Shown: positions 19,642 through 29,595 of the stretch, in pieces
How the letters are laid out: every line of letters begins with the position of its first letter
Position numbering within the stretch: position 1 is the stretch's first letter
Source: an uncultured Collinsella sp.
Lineage (GTDB): Bacteria > Actinomycetota > Coriobacteriia > Coriobacteriales > Coriobacteriaceae
Assembly: GCA_902478935.1 (NCBI GenBank)
Contig: CABSMV010000001.1
Coordinates: forward strand, 1 to 43,107
Length of the DNA: 43,107 nucleotides
Direction: 5' to 3'
The notes under the pieces: generated by a model
The model's input: the letters and a program-made list of their open reading frames with translations, nothing else
Told to the model about the DNA's origin: nothing
Database searches by the model: none
Made by a program: the position numbers and the translations under genes

Positions 19642-19700
19642 ACGATTACTGATTAGCGTGCCGGTTTCGGCCGGCGCCTATTAATCGAAGGAGACATATT

Positions 19701-19952
19701 ATGAAGGTTTCTGAAGTTTCCGAGACTCAGGCCGATAACCTGGTCCACATGCTCGACGCTTACGCCGAGAAGGGTGGCCACCACCTGAACGTCAACGTCT
19801 TCAACCGTGAGACGCTGCTCGACGCTCAGGCACACCCCGAGAAGTACCCGCAGCTGACCATCCGCGTTTCCGGCTATGCCGTGAACTTCCACACGCTCAC
19901 CAAGGAGCAGCAGGACGAGGTCATTGCGCGTACCTTCCACGACAAGTTCTAA
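19701..19952 (+). CDS. grcA: Stand-alone glycyl-radical domain (GrcA-like; C-terminal part of PFL)
   Basis: GGHHLNVNV...[34 protein letters not shown]; own RBS GAAGGAG and ATG. Confidence 0.92.
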   Translation: MKVSEVSETQADNLVHMLDAYAEKGGHHLNVNVFNRETLLDAQAHPEKYPQLTIRVSGYAVNFHTLTKEQQDEVIARTFHDKF

Positions 19953-19980
19953 AGGGATTTAACTCCTGTAGGATTACTGG

Positions 19981-20103
19981 GGCCGTTTTTGGGTTATTTT
20001 CCAAAACGTCCTCGGACATGCAAAGAGGCTCCGCTGCGCGCGTTGCGCGGCGGGGCCTCTTTGCGTCCTGCGGGATGTTTTGGAAAATAACCCAAAAACG
20101 GCC
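19981..20103 (+). repeat. Rod-like structured repeat, copy B
   Basis: 26-bp perfect outer stem, CGTCCTCGGACATG / CGTCCTGCGGGATG motifs, apical GCGC-GTT-GCGC. Confidence 0.85.
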
Positions 20104-20256
20104 AAGCGGGGTTCTTCGGAGTCACCCTTTAGGCGGAACTCTCCTAATTATTTGGATGAGTCGTTTACTTACTTGTGCTGTTACCGTCTTCCCGCTGTTG
20201 TTGGGGTATGCTTTGTTCGTATGTAAACGTATGACATGTTGATAGGGGAGGGTGCT

Positions 20257-21267
20257 ATGGCTCGCGAGGGCACTCGTTCTAAGGATTCTGCTAAGCCTGG
20301 CATCAAGGAAGTTGCAGCGGTGGCGGGGGTTTCGCCTACTACGGTATCTCGCGTGCTTAATAACCGCGGTTATATTAGCCAAGAGACCCGCGATAAGGTC
20401 CACGCCGCGATGGAACGCATCAACTATACGCCCAACGATATCGCCCGTGCCATGCTCAACGGCCGTCTGAACCTTATCGGCATGATCGTTCCCTTTGTGA
20501 GCAGTCCGTTCCATGCTCAGGTTGTGCAGGCGGTCGAGCGCACGTTGGCGGAAAACGGCTTTAAGATGTTGCTGTGCAACAGCGCCAATCGACCTGATCT
20601 TGAGCGTTCCTATATCGACATGCTCCGCCGCAATATGGTCGACGGCGTTATCGTCAGCTCCCTCAATATCGGTGCCGAGGCATATGCCGAGATGGGCTTG
20701 AGCCTGGTTGGCATCGACTGCGATCTTGGCGAGGGCTCTGTCCAGATTGCAAGTGACAGCTATGGCATCGGCGAGCTCGCCACGCGCCGTCTGATTGATG
20801 ACGGCTGCAGGCGTATCCTGTGCCTGCGCAGCAATAGCCGCATGCGCATGCCTGCCAATAAGCGTACCGATGCCTACCTCGATGTTGTTGAGCAGGCCGG
20901 TTTGTCCGCGCTTGTCCGTGAGGTTGAGTTCGTTAAGCCCGACGACGAAAAGGGCGCGGTCGTTGCGAAGATCCTCGATGAGAACCCCGATATTGACGGC
21001 ATCTTTGCGGGAGACGATACGATGGCGGCCATCTGTCTCAACGTGATGAAGCAGCGCGGCTTGAGCGCTCCAGACGACATTAAGGTCGTGGGCGCGGATG
21101 GTGCCCGCCGCACTATGACGTTTATGCCTGATTTAACAACCGTACGTCAAGATATCGATCGCATCGGAGAGCTCGCGGCGCAATCCATCATTGCTCTTAT
21201 TAACGGTGAAAAGCCCGAGTCGAATATCAAGCTTCCCGTTGAGCTTATCGAGGGCAAAACCGCGTAA
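20257..21267 (+). CDS. scrR: LacI-family regulator (ScrR-like sucrose operon repressor)
   Basis: IKEVAAVAGVSPTTVSRVLNNRGYIS HTH, typical of ScrR; adjacent to PTS and GH32 genes. Confidence 0.88.
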   Translation: MAREGTRSKDSAKPGIKEVAAVAGVSPTTVSRVLNNRGYISQETRDKVHAAMERINYTPNDIARAMLNGRLNLIGMIVPFVSSPFHAQVVQAVERTLAENGFKMLLCNSANRPDLERSYIDMLRRNMVDGVIVSSLNIGAEAYAEMGLSLVGIDCDLGEGSVQIASDSYGIGELATRRLIDDGCRRILCLRSNSRMRMPANKRTDAYLDVVEQAGLSALVREVEFVKPDDEKGAVVAKILDENPDIDGIFAGDDTMAAICLNVMKQRGLSAPDDIKVVGADGARRTMTFMPDLTTVRQDIDRIGELAAQSIIALINGEKPESNIKLPVELIEGKTA

Positions 21268-21323
21268 TTCGCCCCGTGCCAAAAGAATTCCTCAAACGCC
21301 TCTGATGACCGTTCACCGGCATA

Positions 21324-21404
21324 TGTCAACCGTTTGCCGACGACTGGAACTGCGAAAAGACGTATTGGTGTGAAAACGTTTGATATATGAAAACGATTGA
21401 TATA
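21324..21404. promoter_or_regulatory. LacI/ScrR- or cre-like operators
   Basis: TGTCAACCGTTTGCCG (21324-21339) and tandem TGAAAACGTTTGATATA / TGAAAACGATTGATATA (21371-21404). A related site, ATGTAAACGTATGACAT, is at 20221-20237. Confidence 0.65.
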
Positions 21405-21450
21405 TCTTACCATTGTACCGAGTTAGTATGTCGTGGAAAGGAAGTCTCGG

Positions 21451-22833
21451 ATGCACAAGGTGTATTACCAGCCTGAGGGAATTTGGGTAGGCGACATCAT
21501 GCCGTACGGCGAGGACGGCACGTTCTATCTCTATCATCAGCGTGACACGCGTAACCCCGAACCTTTCGGAGAGCCGTTTGGCTGGGCACTCGCTACGACC
21601 AAGGATTTCGTCAACTACAAGGACTTTGGCGAGAGCCTTGAGCGCGGCGGCGACGAGGAAGTCGACCAGTACATTTATGCCGGCACGGTGTTTAAGGTGG
21701 GCGACAAGTACCATGCGCTCTACACTGGTTGCAATCGCGATAAGGTCCGCGCACGTTTGATGAAGCAGGTTCTTCTTCACGCAACGAGCGACGACGCCGT
21801 CAAGTGGGAGAAGAACATCGCCGAGACGCTGCTTCCGCCCCAGGAGGGTTACGATGACCGCAACTGGCGCGATCCCTTTGTGCTTTGGGATGAGGAGAAC
21901 GAAGAGTACATGCTCATCCTCGGCACGCGTGTGGGCGAGGACAAGCGTCTGATGACCGGCCGCCTGGTCAAGTTCACCTCCAAGGATCTGACCAACTGGG
22001 AGTTCCAGGGCGACTGGTGGAACCCGGGCCTGTACACCATGTTTGAGATGCCTGATCTCTTTAAGATGGGCGACTGGTGGTACCTCGTCTTTTCCGAGTA
22101 CAGCGACGGCAACAAGACCCGTTACCGCATGTCCAAGTCCATCAACGGTCCTTGGATTACCCCCGCTGACGACTCCTTCGACGGCCGCGCGTACTACGCC
22201 GCTCGCACCGCATTCGATGGCGAGCGTCGCGTTCTCTTTGGTTGGGTTCCTACGCGTGACGAGGGCGGCGACCCCAGCTCTTACCTATGGGGTGGCACCT
22301 TTATGCCCCTCGAGATCGTTCAGCGTGCCGACGGAACGCTCGGCACCAAGCTCCCCGACAGCATGCTTGGCGTCTTTGGCGAGGCTAAGGCAGTCGAGAC
22401 CTTTGAGCTTTCCTGCGAGTCGGGCAAGGTCGAGCAGGTGCTCGCCGCGGATGCCGGCTCCACCTACTTGCTCGATGCCGACATTGAGCTCGGCGGTAAC
22501 GCTGCCGGCTTCTCGGTCAAGTTCGCCGAGGACGCCGAGACCGGTCTTGCCTATGAGTTCCGCGCCAACCTGCGCGAGGGCAAGCTCGAGTTCACGCCGG
22601 CTCCCCAGTACCCGTGGTTCCAGGTCAACAACATGGGCCTCGAGCGTCCGTTGTTCTTTAAGGGCGAGGGCACTCACCATGTGCGTCTGGTCGTCGACGA
22701 CGACATCGCGACCATCTTTGTCGATGATGTTGCGCTCAACGCTCGCTTCTGCAACAAGCAGGGCCAGGGTGTGGCGCTTACCGTCACCGACGGTGCGCTC
22801 AAGTGCGCAAACGCAACGATCGCGTCTCTGTAG
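21451..22833 (+). CDS. GH32-family beta-fructofuranosidase-like protein (divergent, cytoplasmic)
   Basis: Clan GH-J catalytic motifs WVGDIMP, WRDPF and MFEMPDLF; YYAART; C-terminal beta-sandwich; no signal peptide. Confidence 0.82.
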   Translation: MHKVYYQPEGIWVGDIMPYGEDGTFYLYHQRDTRNPEPFGEPFGWALATTKDFVNYKDFGESLERGGDEEVDQYIYAGTVFKVGDKYHALYTGCNRDKVRARLMKQVLLHATSDDAVKWEKNIAETLLPPQEGYDDRNWRDPFVLWDEENEEYMLILGTRVGEDKRLMTGRLVKFTSKDLTNWEFQGDWWNPGLYTMFEMPDLFKMGDWWYLVFSEYSDGNKTRYRMSKSINGPWITPADDSFDGRAYYAARTAFDGERRVLFGWVPTRDEGGDPSSYLWGGTFMPLEIVQRADGTLGTKLPDSMLGVFGEAKAVETFELSCESGKVEQVLAADAGSTYLLDADIELGGNAAGFSVKFAEDAETGLAYEFRANLREGKLEFTPAPQYPWFQVNNMGLERPLFFKGEGTHHVRLVVDDDIATIFVDDVALNARFCNKQGQGVALTVTDGALKCANATIASL

Positions 22834-22878
22834 CGGCAACGAACCGTTTTATGATTTAGAAAAGGAATGGAGAGGAAC

Positions 22879-24330
22879 ATGGACTACAAGGCAGTGTCCC
22901 AGCAAGTCGTCGACAACGTCGGCGGACTGGAGAACATCGAGGGCGCCACGCATTGCGTGACCCGTCTGCGTCTGGTGCTCAAGGATACGAGCAAATACAA
23001 CAAGGCCGAGCTCGAGAACATCGATGGCGTCAAGGGCGTGCTGTACAACAGCGGCCAGCTCATGATCATCTTCGGTACCGGTACCGTCAACAAGGTTTAC
23101 GATGAGTTTATGGCTCTGACGGGCGTTAAGGAGATCAGTGCTTCCGAGGTCAAGGGCGCTGAGGCGGACAAGAAGGGCAAGTTCTTCTCGGTCCTCAAGG
23201 TATTCTCGGACATCTTTATCCCCATCATTCCCGCCTTCGTCGGCGCTGCAATCATCATCGGCCTTAAGTCGCTGATCGTTGCCAACGGCCTCTTTGGCAT
23301 GGAAGGCAGCCTCGCCGATCACAGCGAGTTCCTCAAGAACCTCGCAAGCTTCTTTGCCATTATCGCCACCACGTTCGACTACCTGCCTGTCCTGGTTATG
23401 TACAGCGCGGTCAAGCGTTTTGGCGGTAACCCGATCCTGGGCATCCTCGTCGGTATCGTCATGGTTCACCCGAGCCTTATGAACCGCAACACGTTCGTTA
23501 TGGACCCGACGGGTGCTGAGTACTGGAACTTCGGTCCGCTATCCATTCCCATGGTTGCTTTCCAGGGCGGCGTATTCCCTGCAATCCTGACTGCCTGGTT
23601 TATGGCCAAGGTCGAAAAGATTGCCCAGAAGTACATCCCCGAGGTCGTTTCGTTCGTCTTTGTCCCGACCGTTACCCTGATTCTCGCTAACGTCGCCCTG
23701 TTCACCGTGTTCGGCCCGCTCGGCAACCTGATCGGCGACGTCCTCGCTGGCGTAATCGATGTCCTGTACAACAGGATGGGCGTCTTTGGCGCCTTTGTCT
23801 TCGCCGCGTTCCTGCAGCCGCTCGTCGTTACCGGTACGCATCAGTTCATCCAGGGTATCGAGGCAAACCTTGTTGCCACGACTGGCTTCAACTACATCCA
23901 GGCCATCTGGTCGGTTTCCATCATCGCCCAGGGCGGCGGCGCCATCGGTATGTACCTCATTCACAAGAAGCACTCCAAAGAGCGCAACATCTGCATGTCG
24001 TCCTTTATCCCGACGCTGGTCGGAATCTCCGAGCCCGCTATCTTTGCTGCAAACATGCGCTATTCGATCATTCCGTTCATCTGCGCATGCATCGGTGCAG
24101 GCTGCGGCGGTGCCTTCGTCAAGCTCTTTGAGGTGCGCGCTATCGGTCAGGGTCTGACCGGCGTGCTTGGCCTGCTCATCGTCACGCCCGAGACCCTCGT
24201 GTGGTATGTGGCTGGCAATCTCATCGCCTTTATCGTGCCGATCGTCTTGATCTTTGCCTACAACAAGGCAAAGGGCGTGCCGACCACCGATGAAGAGGGC
24301 GCTGGCGCTGGCTTCGACGTTAGCTTCTAG
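22879..24330 (+). CDS. scrA: PTS EIIBC component, sucrose/trehalose/beta-glucoside family
   Basis: EIIB HCVTRLRLVLKD; EIIC with VVTGTHQ and GISEPAIF; no EIIA domain. Confidence 0.9.
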   Translation: MDYKAVSQQVVDNVGGLENIEGATHCVTRLRLVLKDTSKYNKAELENIDGVKGVLYNSGQLMIIFGTGTVNKVYDEFMALTGVKEISASEVKGAEADKKGKFFSVLKVFSDIFIPIIPAFVGAAIIIGLKSLIVANGLFGMEGSLADHSEFLKNLASFFAIIATTFDYLPVLVMYSAVKRFGGNPILGILVGIVMVHPSLMNRNTFVMDPTGAEYWNFGPLSIPMVAFQGGVFPAILTAWFMAKVEKIAQKYIPEVVSFVFVPTVTLILANVALFTVFGPLGNLIGDVLAGVIDVLYNRMGVFGAFVFAAFLQPLVVTGTHQFIQGIEANLVATTGFNYIQAIWSVSIIAQGGGAIGMYLIHKKHSKERNICMSSFIPTLVGISEPAIFAANMRYSIIPFICACIGAGCGGAFVKLFEVRAIGQGLTGVLGLLIVTPETLVWYVAGNLIAFIVPIVLIFAYNKAKGVPTTDEEGAGAGFDVSF

Positions 24331-24369
24331 TTGAGCCGTTCAGTGTAATCTGAGGATAAGTCCATTTGA

Positions 24370-24407
24370 GGAAGGGCGTTCGACTCGTGTGAGTCGAGCG
24401 TCCTTCC
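24370..24407 (+). other. Intergenic 17-bp hairpin between the PTS gene and scrB
   Basis: GGAAGGGCGTTCGACTC-GTGT-GAGTCGAGCGTCCTTCC; two G-U pairs, no U-tract. Confidence 0.6.
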
Positions 24408-24431
24408 CCATAGACGAGAAAGTCAACGGCG

Positions 24432-25874
24432 ATGTTAAATCAAAAAAACAAGGTGACACGCGCGGACTATGAGCAGTGGCGTGTCGGACAGGATGAGACG
24501 GCGGCTCGCATCGCGTCCGACCCCGATAGGCTTCTGTTCCATGTGGAGCCTGAGCTTGGCTGGCTCAACGACCCCAACGGTTTGGTTCAGATTGGTGATA
24601 CGTATCACATCTATCATCAATACGATCCGTTCGATGCTGCGCATGGCGGTCCAGTGCTTTGGAACCATCTGACGACAAAGGATTTTGTGACGTACGAGAA
24701 TCACGGCCCCGTGCTGTTCCCCGATTCCGATTTGGATTCGAGCGGAGCGTATTCTGGTTCTGCCTTTGTACGTGATGGCAAGATTCACTACTTCTATACC
24801 GGCAACGTCAAGCATTTTGACCGCGATGATTACGACTACGTGTTGACGGGCCGTGAGCAAAACCAGATTCATATGGTTGCCGAGAATCCCGACGAATTGG
24901 GCGAGAAGTGCATAGCTGTTGGACCGGTCGATTACCCCGACGATATCGGTACGCACGTGCGCGACCCCAAGATCCTTGAGCACGATGGTATCTACTACAT
25001 GGTTCTGGGTGCTCGTACGAAAGACGACCGTGGCTGCGTGCTTGTCTATACCTCGCGCAATCTTGAGGACTGGAGCTATGCGACGCGCATTGAGTTGGGC
25101 GAGAAGTTTGGCTTTATGTGGGAGTGCCCCGATCTGTTTGAGCTCGATGGCGAGCTTATTCTCGTTTGCTGTCCGCAGGGTGTGCCTGCCGATGGTTGGC
25201 GTTACCGCAATCCGCATCAGTGCGTGTGGTTCCCCATCGAGGCCGATTGGGAGGCGCCGAGCTTTAAAATCGTCGGGCAGGGCATGCCCCCGATGGTCGA
25301 TGCCGGTTTTGATTTCTATGCTCCGCAGTCCTTTGAGGATACTGCAGGCCGGCGTTTGATGATCGGATGGTCGGGTTGCCCCGATGCGACGGCAGAAAAC
25401 CCGACGGTGGCGCGCGGGTGGCAGTGCGCGTTGACGGTGCCGCGAGAGCTGAGCATGCGCGATGGCAAGCTCTGCCAGCAACCGGCGCACGAGATTGAGA
25501 GGATACGCGGCGACTGCGTTCGCGCGACAGGCGGTGAAACCGTTGAGGAGCCGGGCCGCCTGTTTGATCTTGTGGTTTCCTGTGAGGGCGCCAAGATGGT
25601 CGAGCTCGAAATCCGCAAGGGTGTCTTTGTGTGCTATGCAGACGGGATGCTTACCCTCGACATGGGTGACGAAGGCTATGGGCGCGACCAGAGGTCGATC
25701 GAGCTCAGCGAGCTTCGCGACCTGCGCGTGCTTTCGGACACTACGATGGTCGAGATTTTTGCAAATGGCGGCGAGGCGGCACTTACGAGCCGTACCTATT
25801 CGCCGGCGGTTCCGGCGATGGAGCTGCACGCCGAGGGCGCGGCATCGATGAATTTCTACCGCCTCGTGCATTAA
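24432..25874 (+). CDS. scrB: Sucrose-6-phosphate hydrolase (GH32)
   Basis: WLNDPNG, YSGSA, VRDPK, MWECPDLF and GFDFYAPQ motifs. Confidence 0.93.
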   Translation: MLNQKNKVTRADYEQWRVGQDETAARIASDPDRLLFHVEPELGWLNDPNGLVQIGDTYHIYHQYDPFDAAHGGPVLWNHLTTKDFVTYENHGPVLFPDSDLDSSGAYSGSAFVRDGKIHYFYTGNVKHFDRDDYDYVLTGREQNQIHMVAENPDELGEKCIAVGPVDYPDDIGTHVRDPKILEHDGIYYMVLGARTKDDRGCVLVYTSRNLEDWSYATRIELGEKFGFMWECPDLFELDGELILVCCPQGVPADGWRYRNPHQCVWFPIEADWEAPSFKIVGQGMPPMVDAGFDFYAPQSFEDTAGRRLMIGWSGCPDATAENPTVARGWQCALTVPRELSMRDGKLCQQPAHEIERIRGDCVRATGGETVEEPGRLFDLVVSCEGAKMVELEIRKGVFVCYADGMLTLDMGDEGYGRDQRSIELSELRDLRVLSDTTMVEIFANGGEAALTSRTYSPAVPAMELHAEGAASMNFYRLVH

Positions 25875-26150
25875 CCGTGCATGGGGCACGATTGGACTTG
25901 CTGGGCGGAATGTGTTGCAGTTGCCGCAGCGAACTACCGTTTATCGCGTATAGCTACCGTTTGCGGGATAAGTAACACTCATTTATAAACCGTGTAAAAT
26001 CTCAGCCAAGCACGGAGTTTTCCAGGGAGACGCTGTCCTTTGTTGTGTGCAAGGGGCGGCGTCTCTTTGGCGCTTGGAGGCCGTTGCGCAACAGTGCGGC
26101 GGCGCGTGTCATGTATTGAAAAACCAACGTTGAGATGGGTCGTGATAATA

Positions 26151-27005
26151 ATGGGCAAGTACGTAATCGTGGTTGAGTCTGGTTCGGATGTGACGCCGGA
26201 GCTTTGCGAACGCTACGGCATCGTGCGCGTGCCCATGCATGTCACGATTGGTGACGAGACCGTCGAGGACGGCTCGATCGATCCGCTCGAGATTTATTCG
26301 CGCTGCAACGAGTTTGGCGTGATGCCCAAGACCAGTGGCTGTGCGCCTGCGGATTTCGCTCACGTGTATGACCGCATTCATGCCGAGCAGCCCGACGCGA
26401 CTATTCTGCATCTCGCGTATTCCGAGGCCACGACCTGCTCGCATCAATCATCGAAGATCGCCGCCAAGGGTCGCGACTACGTTTACTCCATGGACACGCG
26501 TTTTGTCTCGGTGGGCCAGTCGCTCGTTGTCGTCGAGACCGCCAAATACATCGAGGCTCACCCCGATGCCACCGTCGACGAGATCTTTGCATTTACGAAT
26601 TCCGTCATGGACCGTGTGCTGCTGGGCTTTGTTCCTACCGACCTAGCCTTCCTTAAGGCAGGCGGTCGTCTGTCCAACGTGGCATTCCTTGGCGCCCACC
26701 TGCTCAAGATTAAGCCCTGCATTGAGGTAACGGGCGGTAAGTTTGTGGCGACCAAGAAGTTCCGCGGCTCTATGCTCAAATGCGCCCGCGCCTTTATTGA
26801 CCACATGGTTGCGAAGGGCGAGATTGACTACTCGCACATTGGCCTGGCGTATTCGGTAGGTCTTTCCCAGGAGCTGCGCGACGACATGGAAGTCTATGCG
26901 TACGACCTGGGCTTTAAGGACGTTACCTGGACTCAGGTCGGCGGTGTCATCTCGAGCCATTGCGGCCCGACCGCCTTCGGTGCGGTGCTCACGCTTAAAG
27001 CGTAA
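26151..27005 (+). CDS. DegV-family fatty-acid-binding protein
   Basis: VESGSD, PKTS, LKAGGRLS, LLKIKP and ISSHCGP motifs. Confidence 0.92.
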   Translation: MGKYVIVVESGSDVTPELCERYGIVRVPMHVTIGDETVEDGSIDPLEIYSRCNEFGVMPKTSGCAPADFAHVYDRIHAEQPDATILHLAYSEATTCSHQSSKIAAKGRDYVYSMDTRFVSVGQSLVVVETAKYIEAHPDATVDEIFAFTNSVMDRVLLGFVPTDLAFLKAGGRLSNVAFLGAHLLKIKPCIEVTGGKFVATKKFRGSMLKCARAFIDHMVAKGEIDYSHIGLAYSVGLSQELRDDMEVYAYDLGFKDVTWTQVGGVISSHCGPTAFGAVLTLKA

Positions 27006-27191
27006 GGCCTGGCGTCTATCGATTTCTATTGCCTCGGCGGCGGGCGGGTTGCGACAACCTTCCCGCCGCTCTTGCGTAGGGCCAAATAGGACAATCCAAT
27101 TGACCGCTAAACCGTTTCGCCATCATGCATATGGGCTAGAATGACTCTGGCATTTATGTAGCTAAAACCAATGAGAGGCAAGGTAGCGGGA

Positions 27192-28010
27192 ATGGCTGAG
27201 ATGACGCTCGAGGGTGTGGACGCTCGTCCCGAGGACTCTGCGTTTGCCCTGGGCCGCGTGCATTCGATTGAGACGATGGGAACGGTCGATGGACCCGGCA
27301 TCCGCTTTGTGGTGTTTGTTCAGGGCTGTCCCATGCGCTGTGCGTATTGCCACAACCCCGACACCTGGTCGGTTAACGGCGGCACCATGGTGACCGTCGA
27401 GCACCTGATGGACGAGTTCCAGAGCAACCATGAGTTTTATCGCAGCGGCGGCATTACGGTTTCGGGTGGCGAGCCGCTTCTGCAGCCCGAGTTTTTGGCC
27501 GATCTGTTCCGCGCCATGCATAATAACCCCGATGGTCGCGTGCATACCTGCCTGGATAGCTGCGGATATGCGTTTGATCCCGCGCATCCCGAGAAGTTCG
27601 ATGCCGTACTCAACGAGACCGATATGGTGCTGCTCGACATTAAGCATGCCGATCCGGTTGAGCATAAAAAGCTGACCGGTTGCGATCCTGCACGTATCCT
27701 GGCGTTTGGCGATGAGCTGGCGCATCGAAGAATCAAGGTCGTTATCCGTCACGTAGTAGTACCGGGTATTACCGACACGGTGGAGGAGTGCGAGGCACTC
27801 GGTCGCCTGATTGCCCCGTGGCATAACGTGGTGGGCTTGGAAATGCTGCCGTATCACACGATGGGTGTCGTCAAGTACGAGCAGCTGGGGATTCCCTATA
27901 AGCTCGAGGGCGTGCCCCAGATGGATACCGCGCGCATGCCCGAGCTGCGCAACGCTGTCATGACGGGCATGAAAAAGCGCCGCGCGGAACTCAAAAACGC
28001 CATCGGATAG
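27192..28010 (+). CDS. pflA: Pyruvate formate-lyase activating enzyme (radical SAM)
   Basis: GTVDGPGIRFVVFVQGCPMRCAYCHNPDTW, SGGEPLLQ and LPYHTMG motifs. The start could also be 27171 or 27201. Confidence 0.95.
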   Translation: MAEMTLEGVDARPEDSAFALGRVHSIETMGTVDGPGIRFVVFVQGCPMRCAYCHNPDTWSVNGGTMVTVEHLMDEFQSNHEFYRSGGITVSGGEPLLQPEFLADLFRAMHNNPDGRVHTCLDSCGYAFDPAHPEKFDAVLNETDMVLLDIKHADPVEHKKLTGCDPARILAFGDELAHRRIKVVIRHVVVPGITDTVEECEALGRLIAPWHNVVGLEMLPYHTMGVVKYEQLGIPYKLEGVPQMDTARMPELRNAVMTGMKKRRAELKNAIG

Positions 28011-28134
28011 AGTGCCATTTTTGCCCCTTTATGATACCCGCGCTGCGCTGGCCTAACGACTCCGTATCGCGCGGTTGAGTCAAAATGCTGGTACCATACC
28101 GTGGATAGCAGTTTTCACGGGTTTGGGGGATGGT

Positions 28135-28875
28135 ATGCCTACCATCGCAATCATCGGTGCACTCGAAAAAGAGGTTGCGCAGATTAAAGAAGAACTGAAC
28201 GGCGCTCGTGTGGCACAAGAGGCGGGCTTGACCGTTGTCAGCGGCGAGCTCGACGGTTTGTCCGTTGTTGCTACGACCGCTGGCATGGGAACCGTAAACG
28301 CCGCGGCGGCAACGCAGCATCTCATCAGCAAATATGCCCCGCAGGCCGTTGTGTTTTCGGGCATTGCGGGTGGCCTAAACCCTAAGCTCCATATTAACGA
28401 CGTGGTTATAGGCAAGTGCCTGCGCTATCTCGATACTGACACGGCGCTCATCGCCGAGTCGGCGCCGGGACTCGAGGAGTTTGTCTCGACACCGGCGTTG
28501 GCTGATGTTGCCGCCGCCGTGCTTGCCGAGCATGGATTTGTGGATGTCTCGGCGGATGAGAATTCTGCGGAGAGGGACCCCAAGCAGTTCCTGTGTGGCA
28601 CTATCGCCACGGGTGACCGCTTTGTTACGGGTGACGCCATGCGTAACGCTGCGATTGAGGCCACGCATGCCGATTGCGTCGAGATGGAGGGCGCGGCAAT
28701 TGCGCACATCGCGGCCAAGAATGGTGTCGATTGCCTGGTACTGCGCGCTATCAGCGATAATTGTGACGAGGCATATGACGCGTTTTGCGAGCGCGAGTTC
28801 GATCTGGATGAGTACGCTCGCACCGCGAGCGGCATCACGCTTGACATCGTTCGTCGTATCGCCGCCGCGCAATAG
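28135..28875 (+). CDS. mtnN: 5'-methylthioadenosine/S-adenosylhomocysteine nucleosidase
   Basis: IAIIGALEKEV, GMGTVNAA, SGIAGG, TGDRFV, VEMEGAAIA and RAISD motifs. Confidence 0.93.
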   Translation: MPTIAIIGALEKEVAQIKEELNGARVAQEAGLTVVSGELDGLSVVATTAGMGTVNAAAATQHLISKYAPQAVVFSGIAGGLNPKLHINDVVIGKCLRYLDTDTALIAESAPGLEEFVSTPALADVAAAVLAEHGFVDVSADENSAERDPKQFLCGTIATGDRFVTGDAMRNAAIEATHADCVEMEGAAIAHIAAKNGVDCLVLRAISDNCDEAYDAFCEREFDLDEYARTASGITLDIVRRIAAAQ

Positions 28876-28914
28876 CACGCCCGTTTTGTAAAAACCTACG
28901 ACCAAGGAGTATCC

Positions 28915-29505
28915 ATGGCCGATTCCATTAACTATCAGCTTGCCAAGTTTGTTGCCAGCTACGGCAAGGTTTCGCAGATCCCCGAGTCCACCTGTCCCGA
29001 GGTGAGCTTTGTCGGCCGCTCAAATGTGGGCAAGTCGTCTATCATGAACAAGCTCTTTGGCCGCAAGAACCTGGTCAAGGTTTCGAGCACGCCGGGCAAG
29101 ACGAGCAACATCAATTTCTTCGAGGCCGACGACGTGCACTTTGTGGACCTGCCGGGCTACGGTTTCGCTCGCCGTTCCAAGGCCGAGCGCGACCGTTGGG
29201 CCGAGCTCATTGGCGACTTTTTCGACTCCGAGCGCAGCTTCAACCTGGTTGTGTCGCTGGTGGACATTCGCCACGACCCCAGTAAACTCGACTATGACAT
29301 GATCGACTACCTGCAGGGCAACGAGTTCAACTTTATCGTCTGCCTCACCAAAGCCGACAAGCTCAGCCGCACCCAACAGGCCCGCCAGGCGGCAGCCATC
29401 AAAAAGCAGCTCAACGTCCCGGCCGAAAATGTAATCATCACAAGCTCCCAAACCGGTACCGGCATCGACGAACTAAAAAAGCGCATCGCCGAGGCTTGCC
29501 TCTAA
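28915..29505 (+). CDS. engB: Ribosome biogenesis GTP-binding protein YihA/YsxC
   Basis: GRSNVGKSS, SSTPGKT, DLPGYG and TKADK motifs. Confidence 0.96.
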   Translation: MADSINYQLAKFVASYGKVSQIPESTCPEVSFVGRSNVGKSSIMNKLFGRKNLVKVSSTPGKTSNINFFEADDVHFVDLPGYGFARRSKAERDRWAELIGDFFDSERSFNLVVSLVDIRHDPSKLDYDMIDYLQGNEFNFIVCLTKADKLSRTQQARQAAAIKKQLNVPAENVIITSSQTGTGIDELKKRIAEACL

Positions 29506-29595
29506 TAAGTGCTCCTATCAATAAAATGCAGAACATCAGCCCGGCGACTTTCCAGAGCGTAGGTCCCTGTAGCCGCCGCCGGCGAAGTTAACATA

